A stretch of 63,909 nucleotides of DNA, counting the filler, from Hyphochytrium catenoides (Eukaryota > Protista > Hyphochytriomycota), in the NCBI GenBank assembly GCA_900088475.1. It is 15 parts of 15 records of this genome, joined end to end, with 100 filler letters (N's around TTAATTAATTAA, not from the genome) between each part and the next. Parts side by side here need not be neighbours in the genome. Positions count along the whole stretch, not along the records: positions 1 to 20,824 come from FLMG01002690.1; positions 20,925 to 29,714 come from FLMG01001463.1; 13 more parts are not named here. One strand, given 5' to 3'. Every line of letters begins with the position of its first letter. Positions within the stretch are counted from its first letter, which is position 1. The translations under genes and the position numbers were made by a program. Below the pieces are notes generated by a model. It had not been told where the DNA came from. It saw nothing but the letters and a program-made list of their open reading frames with translations, and did no database searches. Positions 12,560 to 26,080 of this stretch are shown here, piece after piece.

Positions 12560-14550
12560 AGACTATTTACTATTTTACACTCCCCCTTGATTGTCAGCAC
12601 TTCCTTGCACGGATTATAGACCACCTATGGGATTATTTTCGCACGCGGTTGTCAACAATGATTCTCTCTTAAGAAGACGGGCTTCGCAAGAGCTTACCTG
12701 AAGATCAGAGACTACTAAACTCTCGCTTAGGCTTAGTTTAGCTGCGGTGGCCGTTTGGAAGATGGCAGCAATTTCTGTGTCCGAAAGAGTTTGCTGACAG
12801 ACACAGATGTCGCCTATCCTGTCCTCTGTAGCCTCCGGAAAAATTATCGTAAACGCTTCCCTAACACGCCAGCGAACCTGAAGATTTAGTCCTAGCGTCA
12901 ACCTTCAAGGAACATGATAGGAGTATCCTTACCGTCTCAGGCCCTCAAACTGCAATGACACTTTATGTCCAGGCGGATTGCTGGAGAGGTTTCTCCGGAG
13001 TTGGAACTCCATCATCTTCCTCAACAGTTGACGGACTCGCTGTGCTTCTTTGGCTGGNNNNNNNNNNNNNNNNNNNNNNNNNNNNNNNNNNNNNNNNNNG
13101 TGCTGTCCGAAACTTGCAGGCATTCTGGGCCAGAATCGGACGATTTTCTTCCAATTGGGAGATCTGGTCTCGCAAACTGCGGATTTTCTCTCCAGGGTTA
13201 TCTGTCAGATATATGTGTTATAGGCGGTCTTTTTTTTTGTTTTTGCCTGTCACGAAAGCCAACTCATGTGAGTACCTGTCTCCGCCCGCTTCTTGCCAGA
13301 AGGGCTGGAAGAGTCTACAGCAACTTGGAGCTGTGATGACAGGGCCAACTCCTCGGCCATTGCTTCTTGGCTTTCCGACTCGTTCTCCAAAATTTGAGCC
13401 TTCAAGGCCTTTCTCAGGGTCAAGTTCTCGTCCTTCATAGCCAAGAGCTTGTCCTGGATGGGCTCCATTGACCTAAACATCAGGGTCAGTGATAGAACTC
13501 ATGTAGAGGGATATTCGAAAGCGGCTGCTAAGAATGAGGTAAGAGCATCAAGCTCATGGGTAACCTCACCTCTCAAGTGCCACTATCTCATCCTTAACGG
13601 CGCTTAACTGGGTCAAGTACTCTCTGTAGGTTAGGGACTTGGTCATCACATCCATTATCACCCCAAGCGTCCAAGACACATGCGTACCTTTCAGCGGCAA
13701 CCTTTTGCTCTTGAAGGTCCAGCTTATCCTTCTGCAAAGCAACTTTTGATACCTCGGCAAGAGCTTTTGCGTCAAGTACCACCTTGTCGAGATCCTTCTC
13801 TTCGCTCGAGTCAAGCAGCTTTTGCCCGACCAGTAAAAATTTTGATCCTGAGGATCGCTCTGTGGCGACTCTTACTTCCTCTTCAGTTTTGAAAAAGGTG
13901 TGTTCTTTTCCCGCAAAGGACATCAAATGATCCCCTTCCGACAGATTCCTAGAGGCAAATTTTGGTGCTATATCAGTGAGGATGATGAAGCCTTTCTCCC
14001 ATTTGAGACTTGGCAGAAATTCTGCTATCTCTGCTCTGTCGATGACAGCTATATATTCTTTCACAAGGAAGGTGCCGTCTCTGACGCTTCTGACTCTTCT
14101 TTGGCCTATTAGTCGCACGGAGTGAAAAGCAGTTGTTCCGTTAGAGATTCACAGGTTTTGCCCAAGAGCATTAGGATGATAGAGTACAAATCTGGTTAAA
14201 GCGCAGCGCGAGATTTGAGAAGTACTGGAGAAGCAAAGGCCAAACAGTTGAAGGCACATATACCTGATGGTGGAGGGCTTGACTCAGGCTCCCCAGCAAT
14301 AGCCTTACTGCCCGCATCCTTTGCAGCGTCCTCCGATCCATCGTCAACACCTAGGTCTAAGTTTGGACTGTTTCAGGACCATCCTAAGTATATGAAAAGC
14401 GTAAGCGGTTACCTAGATCATCCTGTGGACTTTTCCACCTCTTGCCCATAGCAACGGAAGGTAAAGAGCTGGACGATGTGCCACCGACATGGAGAGATGA
14501 CGAAGCCTCAGGCCCCTTACGTGGCCTCGGGGTCTTCTTAAGTGGGTCTA
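12560..14550 (-). CDS. Exons of an uncharacterised protein (PDZ-like segment plus coiled coil); a separate gene or a C-terminal extension of the strawberry-notch gene
   Basis: Open exon-like frames at 13594-14118 (…RNLSEGDHLMSFAGKE…), 13250-13480 (coiled coil) and 12614-12901, flanked by GT/AG signals on the - strand. Confidence 0.45.
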
Positions 14551-14579
14551 CGAGCCATAGACAGTTAGGCATACTTCAC

Positions 14580-17500
14580 TCAATCAAGAATATGCGACCA
14601 TAAATCTACCTGCAAGAGGTTTGACGGTGTTTCGTGCGATTGACACGTTTTCTCCTGATAAGAGAGGACAAAAAGCAGAAAACAACACACATTGGGAATA
14701 GCGGAATTGTCAGTTAATTCGGACAACTGAGCGATACGCGCCAAAATACCTTTCGATATTGATCCAACGTTCCGCTTCACCATCTCCTTGCCGTGGACAT
14801 CAACCGGAGGAACCGTTCTGGAGCCCGTGGGCGTAGCGGCAGTCTCGGCGTCGGTGACAAGAAAGTCCATAATGATGTCAGCCGCCTGCTGCATGCTAGC
14901 TTTTGGTAACGATATCCCTACAATCCGGTGCAACTCTCCTGCAAGGCGTGCACGTTAGGAATGGGGCATCATAGGAACTGTGTATGTCAATACCTTCATT
15001 AAGGGCTTTAGCCTGAACTCGCACGAGGTGCATCTTCTTGCCGAACCGTTCATGGAAGAAATACCAGACATGAATGAGATTCCCAGCAAGAATATAGTGT
15101 CTTCTTCGTCGGACTGTTGCAACCGTAATTAAACGCTATCCTGACGGATGGACACCCATAGGGCTACGTAAGAAGTCCTACCGTGGCAGCTCGTGCACAT
15201 GCCGTCGTGGCCACATTCTCGATCAGATGACTTGTACTGGTTCGTCCATAGACGCTCAGCTTGGTCGACTCTATCTACTCGACGGAAGGATGAACCATAG
15301 AAATCACTGAGGCACATCTTTCTAGTTGAACGCCCTAGATGTGGCTTGTAAACCAAGAAGCGTTTTCGATCTTGTGGATCTCTGCGAACGAACATCACAT
15401 AACTCTTGTTGCCTTCCGTGCGTCTGCACAGCGTTCGTCAGCTTTGCACTACCACTTTTAGATAAATGTCAAGTTTTAACTTACACATAAAAGCCAGTGC
15501 GATAGGTGGATCTGGCAAAAGTCTCCTGCTTGACTTCCTCGTAGATCCGATGTACTTCCGACCAAGGGAAGCCTCTATCACTGATGATCTCGAACTCACG
15601 AATGCCTGAGTTATCGTCCTCGCTGCCCATCATTAACTTGATCTTCTCAACTGTACATGCTCCAGCAAGGTCTTGAAGGCCATTCTGCAGATCTCCTGCA
15701 TTTTCAGCTAGAGGGCCCAACAGGTGCTCGGTCAGCTCCACGACACAAAGAAAAGATTATGGCAGCTCCTACTAACCTTTTTTCAGAATGTCACTAAGAT
15801 AGTCCATGAAGTATGTAAATAGCTTGTTCTGTTGATCAACGGCAATGCCCAGGATACGGTTCAGGAACCGCTTTACGGATGACTTTTGTGAGTCGAATGG
15901 GAGTCTGAAGATTGAATGTGAGCAGCTTAAACTACTTATACGTCGACAGCAAGAACGGCAAAATCTTACCCATCTGTGAGAACTTCACACTCCATTAGAA
16001 ACTGATGGAGTTCACGGAGAAATTGCTCCTTCAGCTCTGGAGTTGCCCCTTCCATGAACGACGGGTTCAGGGCCCTTTCGGGGCTCAAGGTGTGCGCCAG
16101 CATCTCCTTCAAAGCTTTCTCTCCCCACCGGGTTTGTAGGTTGAAGATCCTTCCAAACAGCAACAACTGCGTTTAGAAGGCAATGAAAGTACATAACGAT
16201 TATGGGAAACCTCACCCTAAGTCGAGGCCACAGGCAGCGCGCTTATCGCCCTTCATTAATGCCCCTAGCGTTTCCATTTTTCTAGCGACTGCAGAGGCGA
16301 AGCGTTTCTCGCCTCCCAGAGTGGTCATTAACAGTTTGTATTCCGGCGAGGTCGACTGGTTTGAGCGATGTGTTCGACCGAATTGCTGGATGGCTCTGTC
16401 AGCTGACCACGGCAACTCCAAAATGATGTGAATCCGACGCCTTTGGTTAGAGACCCTCTTATCGGCTTGCAGGGACACTCCTGTACTTGCAGCCTCACTA
16501 GTGATAGCCACAAGCTTTTCCCCCTTCATAAACATCGACCTCTCTGCAAGGTTGATTTTGTCGACCGCTGCATCGCTACCATGATTCCTCCTCCTAAGAA
16601 CATACCGATCGTCCTCCTTGACCACTCGGATAACCCTTCCCGTCATCTCTGCGACTTCCTCAGGTCCGCCTAATCTGTCTACTAAGCTGTCCAGCACATT
16701 AACGGGCAGATCGAGAGCGGCAGCCTCTCTCTGAAGCAAGTACGAGTTTGGCACGAATTTTCTGAGAAACTGCTGGATTGTCCCGGCTACTGATGAAGGA
16801 AGCTTCCGAAAAACTTTGTCACCTTCAGCATCCACATAGAGATCATGTTCGTTGAGTTCAAGCTGTTTGCAAAATGCTGCTTCTCCAGTAGTCTGTAGAG
16901 CGATTACAACGCTCTTGTTGTCCTTGAGGGCAGCCTGCGTCATTGCAACTACCTGATCCACTTTTGCGGCCATAAGGAGTTGTTTGAAAAATCGTTGATG
17001 AGTGGACCAATAGAGCTTTTTGGAAGTGGCCATATCAGATCCTGGGCCATGGGCGTTCAAATGGTTGAGAATCTTGGCCCACAATTCTGCGGACTTTCTG
17101 TATAGTTCGGCCCAACGAGATACCATATCCACCTCCACAATTTCAAACTCTGCTCCCTTGTAGCTTAGGGTACGAGCTATGTAGCAACCATTCCGTTTCA
17201 AATTTGTCGCTAGAAGCTCCATCGATGCCAAGCCAGCCTTCAGCATCACTCCTCGGAACTGCTCGAAATTATGGAAGCTCGCTGTCCATTGACCAAAACA
17301 TGCAGCACAAAGAGGTATTAGGACAGTTTCATATCTTTGGATGGCAGTGAGCTTTTATCGTTACCGCATGAGCCCCAGATTCCCAGTCTTGTCATGTACG
17401 CCATATCATCGACTTGCGACGCTCCAGTTGCCGACGCATATACAATTCGTGCGTTGGGAAGGGCCCTTTGAAGGTCCAAGACAGCTTGACCCGTCTGCGT

Positions 17501-19532
17501 TATTCATAGGTGAGGTGAGAGGCGTCTGACAAATAATCTTCAATAGCTGAAAGGGTACCTTTGTGGGTTTCCCTGCCGCACTGAAGAGGCCCTTAGCCTT
17601 ATGACATTCGTCGAAGACAATGACCCCATCAAAAGCTTCTAGTTTGTTTGGGCTAAGCCCTGAGGTGAGCCAGTCAACGATTTGCACGAGCCGACTCCGT
17701 TCTCCGTAGTTCTTCTCTCCATACTTCTGTGTGTCCATAGCCGAGGCTGAAGGAGAAGTATTCGAAGCAGTCTTATCGACAACCTCGTTGTTTTCTTTCA
17801 TAGCGAGCTTTCTCCTTCTGCTCTCGTTTGATATCAGGCTTGAGTAGGTAGAATAAAGAACTCCATTGTGAAATTTCTGTGATTCGAGCTATAAAAGAGT
17901 AAGCGTTATGCAGCCGTCGACTGAAATTGCAGGATGCGCCCTTACACTATCATAGCGATAGCTGACCAAGTTCTCGACCCGTATAAATTCCGCGCCTATC
18001 TCTCTTAGATCTCTGCGAGCATCTTCAGCCAAGTCTTTTGAGACACTGAGTATGGCCATGCGTCCGAGAGATACCAGCCAAAAATCAGTCATAGCGTTTG
18101 AAAGGGGTACAGTGGCATTTTCTTCCAACTACCTGATCCACACATGCTTCTTGCGCCCGCGGAGCCAGGAGTCAAGAAGTATGGCTGCAATCTCTCGCCC
18201 TTTCCCCACTCCAGCACCGTCTCCAATAAGAAAGCCTTGTCTCTCGCCGGTAGTCAAAAATTTCATGTGTGAGTCGCATGCGAACCATACCGCTTCTGCC
18301 TGAGCCTGCGAAATTCTTCCTTCGTTGATGACATCTTCCAGAGTTTCATCCTTGTTTTTAATAGATATCATATGTTCAGTTACAGAAACCACGGCGGAAA
18401 AGGCTGTCTCCCTGTTATTGGGCCTTACCAGTGGATAAGTGGGTTTCTCTCTGCCTACGGCCGCGAGGGATCCTTGCAAAGCAAATCCAATTATTGCAAT
18501 TGAGAAATCAGCCTAAGCATTAGGAAGGCCAGACGTGAGTATGGTACCTGACTCGCACAGCTCGTCCGGATGCGGCAGGCTCGCTGGAAACTTTCCTGGG
18601 ATGTAAGTGGGGGAGTATTCAGTGAACATTTCCACATGTTGAACATCTGTCTCTTCTTCGCTGTGGACAGAACTCTCTACACCCGGCCTTGCGCTTGAGA
18701 TCTCATGGCCAGGAGGTAGTACATCTTTGGGTCTACGATTAGAAAAGGAAGGAGGGAGTGTCCTGTTTGCCTTGCTGTTTATCTTTTGGTTGGAGTTCGA
18801 CATTCTAGAGACGTCCATAAGATGTTCTCCGTCGTCGTACTGCTCACCGTCCGGACCGTTAGGATAAGTTTCATCGTCATCAAACTTGGTCATCCAGGGA
18901 AAGATATCCGTATTCTCCGATGCCTGTCATGCCAGCCAAGTAACGTTCAACGTGTTGCACTACACGGCGACAACAAAGAAGATAAAGATAATGATTACCT
19001 GGACCGCTACCCCCTCGACTCCATCCGAAGGAGCTGCTCTACTCTGTAGGTGAGAGTGGGTGTGGGTCTGACACTCGCCGTCTGGTTTCATAGGAGCCGC
19101 CAGAGGAACAGCTGGTTGTGGAGCAGGTGTCGAAGCTACCGTTGCAACAGATGAGGGTAGTTTGCCATCCGGCCCTTTTGCAGGAAGCTTCTGTCTTGGC
19201 TGCTGCACACCCTCAACAGAGGATAGAAGGTCAGCCCGGGCAGAGCTCAGCTCTGGCTTCGAATCAAGCTTGGGTCTTTTGGTGTTCAGCTCCCCTGTTG
19301 TTGCTTGGGCGGTGGACCCTACGTGCACTCCCGGAACCTTTCTCTTTGAAAGCAAGTTTGCGGATGCCTCAAGGAGCATCTCGAATTCATCGTCGTTGGT
19401 TAGGTCCACCATTTCTTCCGAGGCTCCATCGCAATGGACACGATTATTCAAGCGCATAGCAGGAGAGATACCTTCATCCATTGTCAATCTATCCTTAGCC
19501 GGAGTCACAACAGTCGTCTCCTCTGGCACCAT
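14580..19532 (-). CDS. SBNO: Strawberry notch-like SF2 helicase (AAA_34 + Helicase_C_4 domains), multi-exon
   Basis: [12 protein letters not shown]…[17 protein letters not shown] (Walker A); [12 protein letters not shown] (DExH); [10 protein letters not shown]; [13 protein letters not shown]; [13 protein letters not shown]; [14 protein letters not shown]; [28 protein letters not shown]; [12 protein letters not shown]. Both termini are uncertain. Confidence 0.93.
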
Positions 19533-20824
19533 TTTATCCCAGTCAGCCCTATGTATCGACTATATAAGGAGAGTGATTGGGCAGCTACCATTACGTAGCC
19601 GCTTGGCGTTTTCAGCGGGGAAGACTAAGGACCACCACCTACTGTCCTTACTCCGGCGTCACACCGCTGACTTATTGGAGACAGATGCCCAGTGGGGCCT
19701 CTCTCACAGTCGATAACTAAGTGACGGTTAATTAATAGCAATGAGGACGAAGATATTATACCGGAAGTGTCACATAAAGCTGCTGAGGGTAGACAGCGAG
19801 GTAAATAGGAAGGCGGAGAGAAGCAGCTCCGGAAAAGGCCCAAAAGTCCAGACGGACAATAGGGAAAGCGGAGAAATTCGATAAAGCTGGAAATCTGAAG
19901 GCGGCGAAATTGACATCTCGAGAAAAGAAGAGAGTCAGTGAAGGCGGCAGGATTGAGAGTCGTCACCATGATGATAGCAAGCAGCCGGGACCACTTTTGA
20001 AAAACGGAGGCATCTCACTTGCTTGCCATTCTGCTTTGGTCATTTGACACATTTGTGGCCACTCGCACCAATCTCAGGTTGCTGATAATCTATGAGTTTG
20101 GGTCCTAGCCCCACCACTAATAAAAGTGCGAGATTTGTGGCGGGAAATTAGACATAAGCCCTTCTCTCAAAAAGTTTGAGTTTGTGCTTGTTGATGATAA
20201 TCAGTACTCTAAGCGCCAAGATAATCATACATTGGTATTGCCCTTCCCAGTGTTGGCAGGTCGGTCAATTTGACTTGTGGACCATTTTGATTTGACCCAA
20301 TTTGACCAGGTCCAGATCCAGATTGTTGCTTGTGGATCTTGACCGCCCAGATCAAAGCATAAAAAGATCACTAAACAATCAAATATTGTAGTTAAAATCA
20401 GATGAATAATCACAAAAAGATCATATGGAGGGATGTACTGGGCTCAAGATTTCTAAATGCCTGAAGTTTGTTGATGTGTTGATGTGTCAGACTGAAGGTC
20501 TGAGTGGGTCAGTAATCGGAACTGGGTGATACTCTGGCAGTAGTGCCGTGATTCTGACCTTGGTCGTGTTGACCCAAGCCCAAGTAGAAGGGCGGCCCCA
20601 CAAGTGGATCACTACCAAAATCCCAATAGCTTTTAGGTGGTTATGAAATATTTAGTGCTTCAAACACCGTTTTAATCCTCTCGCTGAGCTCTTTCCAACG
20701 ATCCCGGTCGATTGTAAAAATTCGTCTTGGTTGTTGAGATATAATCAAATAGATTTATTAGTAAATGTATGGGAAACCCTCACAAGTGGATCACGAAAGA
20801 AACATAGATTTCAAGCTGAGTATG

Positions 20825-20924
20825 NNNNNNNNNNNNNNNNNNNNNNNNNNNNNNNNNNNNNNNNNNNNTTAATTAATTAANNNNNNNNNNNNNNNNNNNN
20901 NNNNNNNNNNNNNNNNNNNNNNNN
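20825..20924. other. Artificial contig linker N44-TTAATTAATTAA-N44 (first of 14)
   Basis: The same six-frame-stop 12-mer between N runs occurs at 20869, 29759, 31043, 33584, 48956, 50114, 52577, 54128, 55247, 56526, 58634, 60408, 61667 and 62849. Confidence 0.97.
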
Positions 20925-21163
20925 TCGTCACTTTCTTCGTCCTCCTCCTCCTTCTCTTCCTCCTCCCCTCCTTCCCTCTCCTCCTGATGACTCCTCTTTT
21001 CATCTTCTCTTCATTGTATTTCTCCTCGTTTCTCCTCTGCCGCGCCTCCCTCGCGTCATCATCATCATCAGTCGTTGATAGATTGTTGGCGCCTCCTCTC
21101 ATCATCCTCACTTCTTCGCTCATGATGAGGTGTGCTTGCGTAGTAACTCCCTCTCCGTTCTCT

Positions 21164-21194
<31 letters not shown>

Positions 21195-22372
21195 TTCTCT
21201 TTCTCGCTCTCTCTACCACCCCCTCTCTCGTCTCTCTTTGCTCTCTTCTGTCCCACTCTCTCCATATCTACATACATACCTGTTATATTTGCTCTGTCCT
21301 CTCTCTGTCTGAAAATCTGACGGCATTATTGTCTTCTCTGTCCAGCACAGCAGAAGGCGGCTCAGTCTCCTGGTGGGAGGGGTCCCTTTCACACACCTTC
21401 CTCTCCACCATCTCCTAGTTTTTTCTCTCCTGTTTGCCTCTTCTATCCTCTCTCTTTCCATCTTCCTCTCTCTCTCTCTCTCCCTCTGCTTCTCTCTCTC
21501 TTGGGTGTCTAATGCCTGGCGGATGAAGGGGAGACTTAGGGCTCCCGCCCGGTGATGGCCACGGGCGCTTGCTTCCTCTTGGGATGAGGAGAGAAAGAGA
21601 GAGACACAGAGCGTCTCCCCACGTACAGCCCCACAGACACTCGACAAGAAGAGCTCCAAAGTATACATGCAACACGCTCCTTTCTCTCTCTCTCTCTGTT
21701 CTTCTATCTATCTATCTATCTATCTTGGTCTCTTTCTCTCTATTTTTTCGTGGGTCTTACTTTTTTTTGTACTTTTCATCCGCTCTTCTGATAGTCCTCT
21801 CACAGCCTTCCTTCGTACATTTCCCTCTCTCTCTTGTTGACTTTGTCTCTCTCTCTCTGTTATATCACTAGGGCTGCTGGGTGCCGATTTCTATTTCCTT
21901 TTGCTAACTCTTTGTTGCATGTCCCGGTTCCCAACTTTCTCTCTTTGTTGTCTGGTCATCAATCATTCGGTGTCTTCTCTCTCTGTTGTTGCTTTTTGTC
22001 TATGACTCTCTCTCTCTCTCTTTCTCTGTCTTAGCGGTAAGCTCTCTCATTGTCCTGCTGGGCGCGCTGACGGCCGCTGGCCCTTGTCCTTCTCTTCTTT
22101 CTCTCCCTCCTCCGAACCCCGAAGGACCAGACCCTAAGGCGGAGTACGGCGTAGTCTTCCCCCTCTCTGCTAGGAGAGGCATCAAGATAGGAAGAAAAGG
22201 AGAGAGAAAAGAGAGAGCAAGAGAAGAGACGAAGAGAGGAGCTGGCACTCAGTCAACGAGAGAGAGAAGCGAAAGAGAGAGGAGGAGAAGAACGCTTGAG
22301 TAAGACGGAGATTGGCCATCTTTTTTTCCGCTTGTTGTTCGCTCCCAAAAGCTCCTATGCCTGTAGGGCCAG

Positions 22373-22407
<35 letters not shown>

Positions 22408-25039
22408 TTCTGGCGAGTGAAACGAAATCTTCTCTGTTGGTGTCGATAGAGTAATAATGTAGATATCCTCTGAGTAACAGTGTAATTAGAGAGATGAAGC
22501 GTCAGACCAAGACAAGACCGAGCTTTTTTTCTTCTTAGACTGAGAGAGAGAGAGACAGAGAGCATTGTGTGCCGAAGAAGAAGAGATAGGAGATAATAAC
22601 CAAATAAGGCGTGTCAGGAGAAGAGAGGTAAAGGGCGAAAGCGCGAGGGCACGGAGCTGGAAAGAGAGAGGGAGAGAGAAAGAGATGCCACCTCATACGG
22701 CTCCATTTGCTCGGTATCGGTATCCTTCCCTCTTGATTGTACGCTCTTTCCTCCTTTTTTAGTATCTCTTCTACAAGGAAATAGGGCATGAGCTCTATCG
22801 CATTGGAGAGAGAGAAAAGACAGAGGAGAAACAGAGGGAACAGAGAGAGAGAGAGATCGGACGGTAGGAGAAGGATTGCCACTGAGAGGGCCGTCTCTTC
22901 CTTCAGCTTACTCTCAGGAGAGAGGACAGGCTGGGAATGCATCCGAGACTGTGGCGCGGATCGGCAGTAGCTGCCAACAGGATTCTGAAGCCGCAATAAG
23001 CTCCAAATATCAGCCATCGGATGACCAAAACCAAGGCTCCTCCCGCTCTCTCGCCATATGAGAAATTGAACGCTTGGAAGGAAAGAAGAGAGAGACAAAA
23101 AAGAAGAGAATCTACTAGGTGATTCGTCATAATATTTCTCCTTTGCCAAGGCTGGCCCGCAGTGTCTCCTCCTCTCTCATGGCCGTGCAGCCCTGCACGG
23201 AGGCGGCTCTGTACCATAGTACCTCATACATAAGAACAGGGCGGCCAGTCAGATCACTGCCAGCCTCCCTCTCAGCTCCTCCCCATCATGGTTGAGTCAT
23301 CACAGCCAAAGAGTGAAGAGCCCCGCACATGTCCCGGCGAACCAGCAACTGGAAGAGAAGAAGAAAGGAATGCAGAGCTGAAGAGCAACAGCAGTGGCAA
23401 GAGCAGCACACGTCAGAAGAGCTGTGAGAGGGAAGGGGACGATCTTACCTTCTTTCAGTTCTGCTCTCTTCCGCAACCACCTGTAGTACCAGAATCTATG
23501 GATTCCGGGATGTGGACGGAGAGATGTCGGCTATCTCAGGCGGTGCAGAGGTGCGCCGAGCCTTGCAGAGCGTCCTTCCAAGACGGAAAAGAACACTTCG
23601 TTATAGAAGGAGACCGGAGCTGCTGCTTGAAGAAATGGAAAGGATAGGGAAGAGAGAGACCTCAAGGAGGATGAGCGCAGGGAGGACGTGACCGGGCGGG
23701 CGGGAGCAGCTACCATTGGACGAGTGATAGTGACACTTCAAGGTTGAGAAGAAGAAGAAGAAGACTTGGGAAGCATTGCAAAAACCCTCTCCAGAGCAAA
23801 GCCAAGGAGGAGTTACTCTTTCTTCCCTGCTAACAGAAGGCGCGCACAAGGAAGGAGAGAGAAGAGAGCTGTAGCTCAATGATAAATAAGCAAGCAGTTA
23901 GGCAGTCAAAACCCTTTGTAAGCAGACTGGTCAAGGGTCAAGCTTAACAGTGCTACTGCCTTCTCCCTTTCTGTTTATCATCATTCCTGCGTTCCTAACC
24001 CAAGGCATTGTTCATAGCTTCACTGGTGAGGCTCTTCAGGAGGGTGAGCAGACCATCCACTCAGATGAGCTTGATAATGAAGATTATCTGCTGCTGAGGA
24101 TCTCTCTCACCATGAAAGGCCGACCCCACGAACCCTAAAGAGAGGAACTTAAAGAAGAAGGATTGCAAGGCGAACAAGGAAGTGATCCCTCTTGTCTCTG
24201 AATGATGAGCTACTATTACGTATTTTGGGAGGGTCAAGAAGAGCGAGTGAGTTCCTGTCCGCTGGGTCAAGGTCAAAGAACCGATGGACGTGGTGAGAGA
24301 GGGGAAAACAATTTCATCAGGCGAGTTGCAAGCACCGCTGCTCTGAGGTCCCACCACCTGGCCATCCTGAGACAGAAACTCACATCTTTCAAACCGCAAG
24401 TGTGAGAAGAGAGACCAAAACTAGAAGCAGCAGGTTAACTATGAGAACCTATCCTCTTCTCTTCTTTCTACTATGTGAGGGTTTCGATAGAGGCACAGCG
24501 CCTTGATAGTAGAAGAGTTCATCGCCTCTATTGCCTAGGAACGTCTTGTGCATGGCTTCAGCTGAATCCGGGAGTTGTTGACTACTGCATCTTGCTGGCC
24601 AACAATGATGAGCACAGAAGAGCTACCTCTGCCCAGCAGCAGCCTGCCAGGAGATGATCAGCAGAGGGCCTGTCCTCACAGAGGTCAGAGGCTAACGAGC
24701 TCTTCTCCGACGCGAGGAAGAGGGAGAGCCAGGACGACACAAGAAGACGAAGCTGTGTTTTTTGAACGGTAGTACTGCTGCTGCCTGACACCCTTCTTCT
24801 TCCAATACGAAGCAACACAAGCACAGAGAGGAGGGGAGCTTATATTGCGGACGACCGCTTCTCTGCAAAAGGAGAGAAGATTGTTGGTTGATTAGTGTGA
24901 AATCCTCCCTCCCAGTCTTCCTATCTCTCAGTCAGCACAGTCGCACGATCTCCTGACGCTCTGTCTCACGCTTCAGTCTAGTGGGAGTCTTCGGTTACGC
25001 TCTAAAGAACGAAAGGAGCCCCAGCAATAATACGTGGTT

Positions 25040-25537
25040 TATGCCTAGAGAGGACGTGTCTTCGTTGTCAGGAGTCACTTCCGATAATACACCTAGGCTC
25101 TCACCGGATGTAGACGCTACCTGTCCTTGTACCACCACTGTGGTGTTATGGGGAACAGAGATGTGATGAGGACTATTATTCTTTGAACTCTTCCCTTTAA
25201 ACGTTAGTAAGCAGAGAGAATGTGACAAGGAACGGGACGAGGCCAAGATCTGCAGACGATGCCCAGACCTATCTTTTCAATCAATGGAAGAGATTCTCTT
25301 TGTTATCTGTTCATCTAGCTTGGGCTCCAGTAGATGCTTCGGAAATGGACATCCAACTCTGCAGCAAAACATCTCCTTAGGTATTTTGTATTAAGAACAA
25401 ATATCATCCATATCAACGATTATAGGCCTGGAAAGTCCCACAAGCCAGAGGGTATCCATTCTGGCATACCGTATCAATAGCTGGTTTAGGCTTGGCCTCG
25501 GAGCTAATAAGACGTAAGTTAGCCTTCGGTTGCATTA
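25040..25537 (+). mobile_element. Diverged copy of an LTR-like repeat family (related to 59372-59917)
   Basis: Colinear shared blocks with 59372-59917: TTCGTTGTCA, ACACCTAG(G)CTCTCA, TGTTATGGGAA, CTTTGTTATC..TTCATCTAG, TTTAGGCTT.GCCT, AGCCTTCGG.TGCATTA. Confidence 0.65.
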
Positions 25538-25972
25538 ATATCTAGAACGTGAGGCTGGGGCCGCCACTGTGAAGTTTCCTTCAGTCTTCACTTTTACCAA
25601 AATTGAAGGAAGTTGCAGGCACCCCTACAACAGCACCTTTGCCGAGTATTGCTGTCCTCCAGAATCTCTGACTGAGGGCACGCTGTGATTGACAGAGCTC
25701 AAATGAAAGTCACATAAGAAAGGGTCAATTTTGGCTTTTCAGCCCAGACAATGTTTTCTGTTTTCAGCTATGTCTAACCCTAAGCAGGATGGAGATAAAG
25801 GAGGCTGAAAGAGTGATGTCAGAAATGTGGTTAGTGAGGAAGTTTAAGGTGCATGAGCAAAGCACATTGTCTTCCTGCATCTTGATAACCTCATCATCAG
25901 TGACCTACCAGCTTTGACCGTATATCAATAAGCATTCTCAAGACTGCGGACACCCGCGGGGTTGAAGGACAG

Positions 25973-26080
25973 AGGAAAGTGAAGGCTGGACAGAGGAAGT
26001 GAAGGTTGAACGACACAGGAAAGTGAAGGCTGAACGACACGGGAAAGTGAAGGCTGAACGACACAGGAAAGTGAAGGCTG
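25973..26080 (+). repeat. Tandem minisatellite, unit about 24 bp (AGGAAAGTGAAGGCTGAACGACAC), about 5 degenerate copies
   Basis: Directly visible head-to-tail copies. A related GAAGGCAG/ACTGAAGG array lies at about 26340-26430. Confidence 0.8.

Noticed and set aside
20925-24900. Possible exons in the first part of contig 2
   Set aside because: Several open frames exist on both strands, but I could not support a recognisable domain or a consistent splice model.
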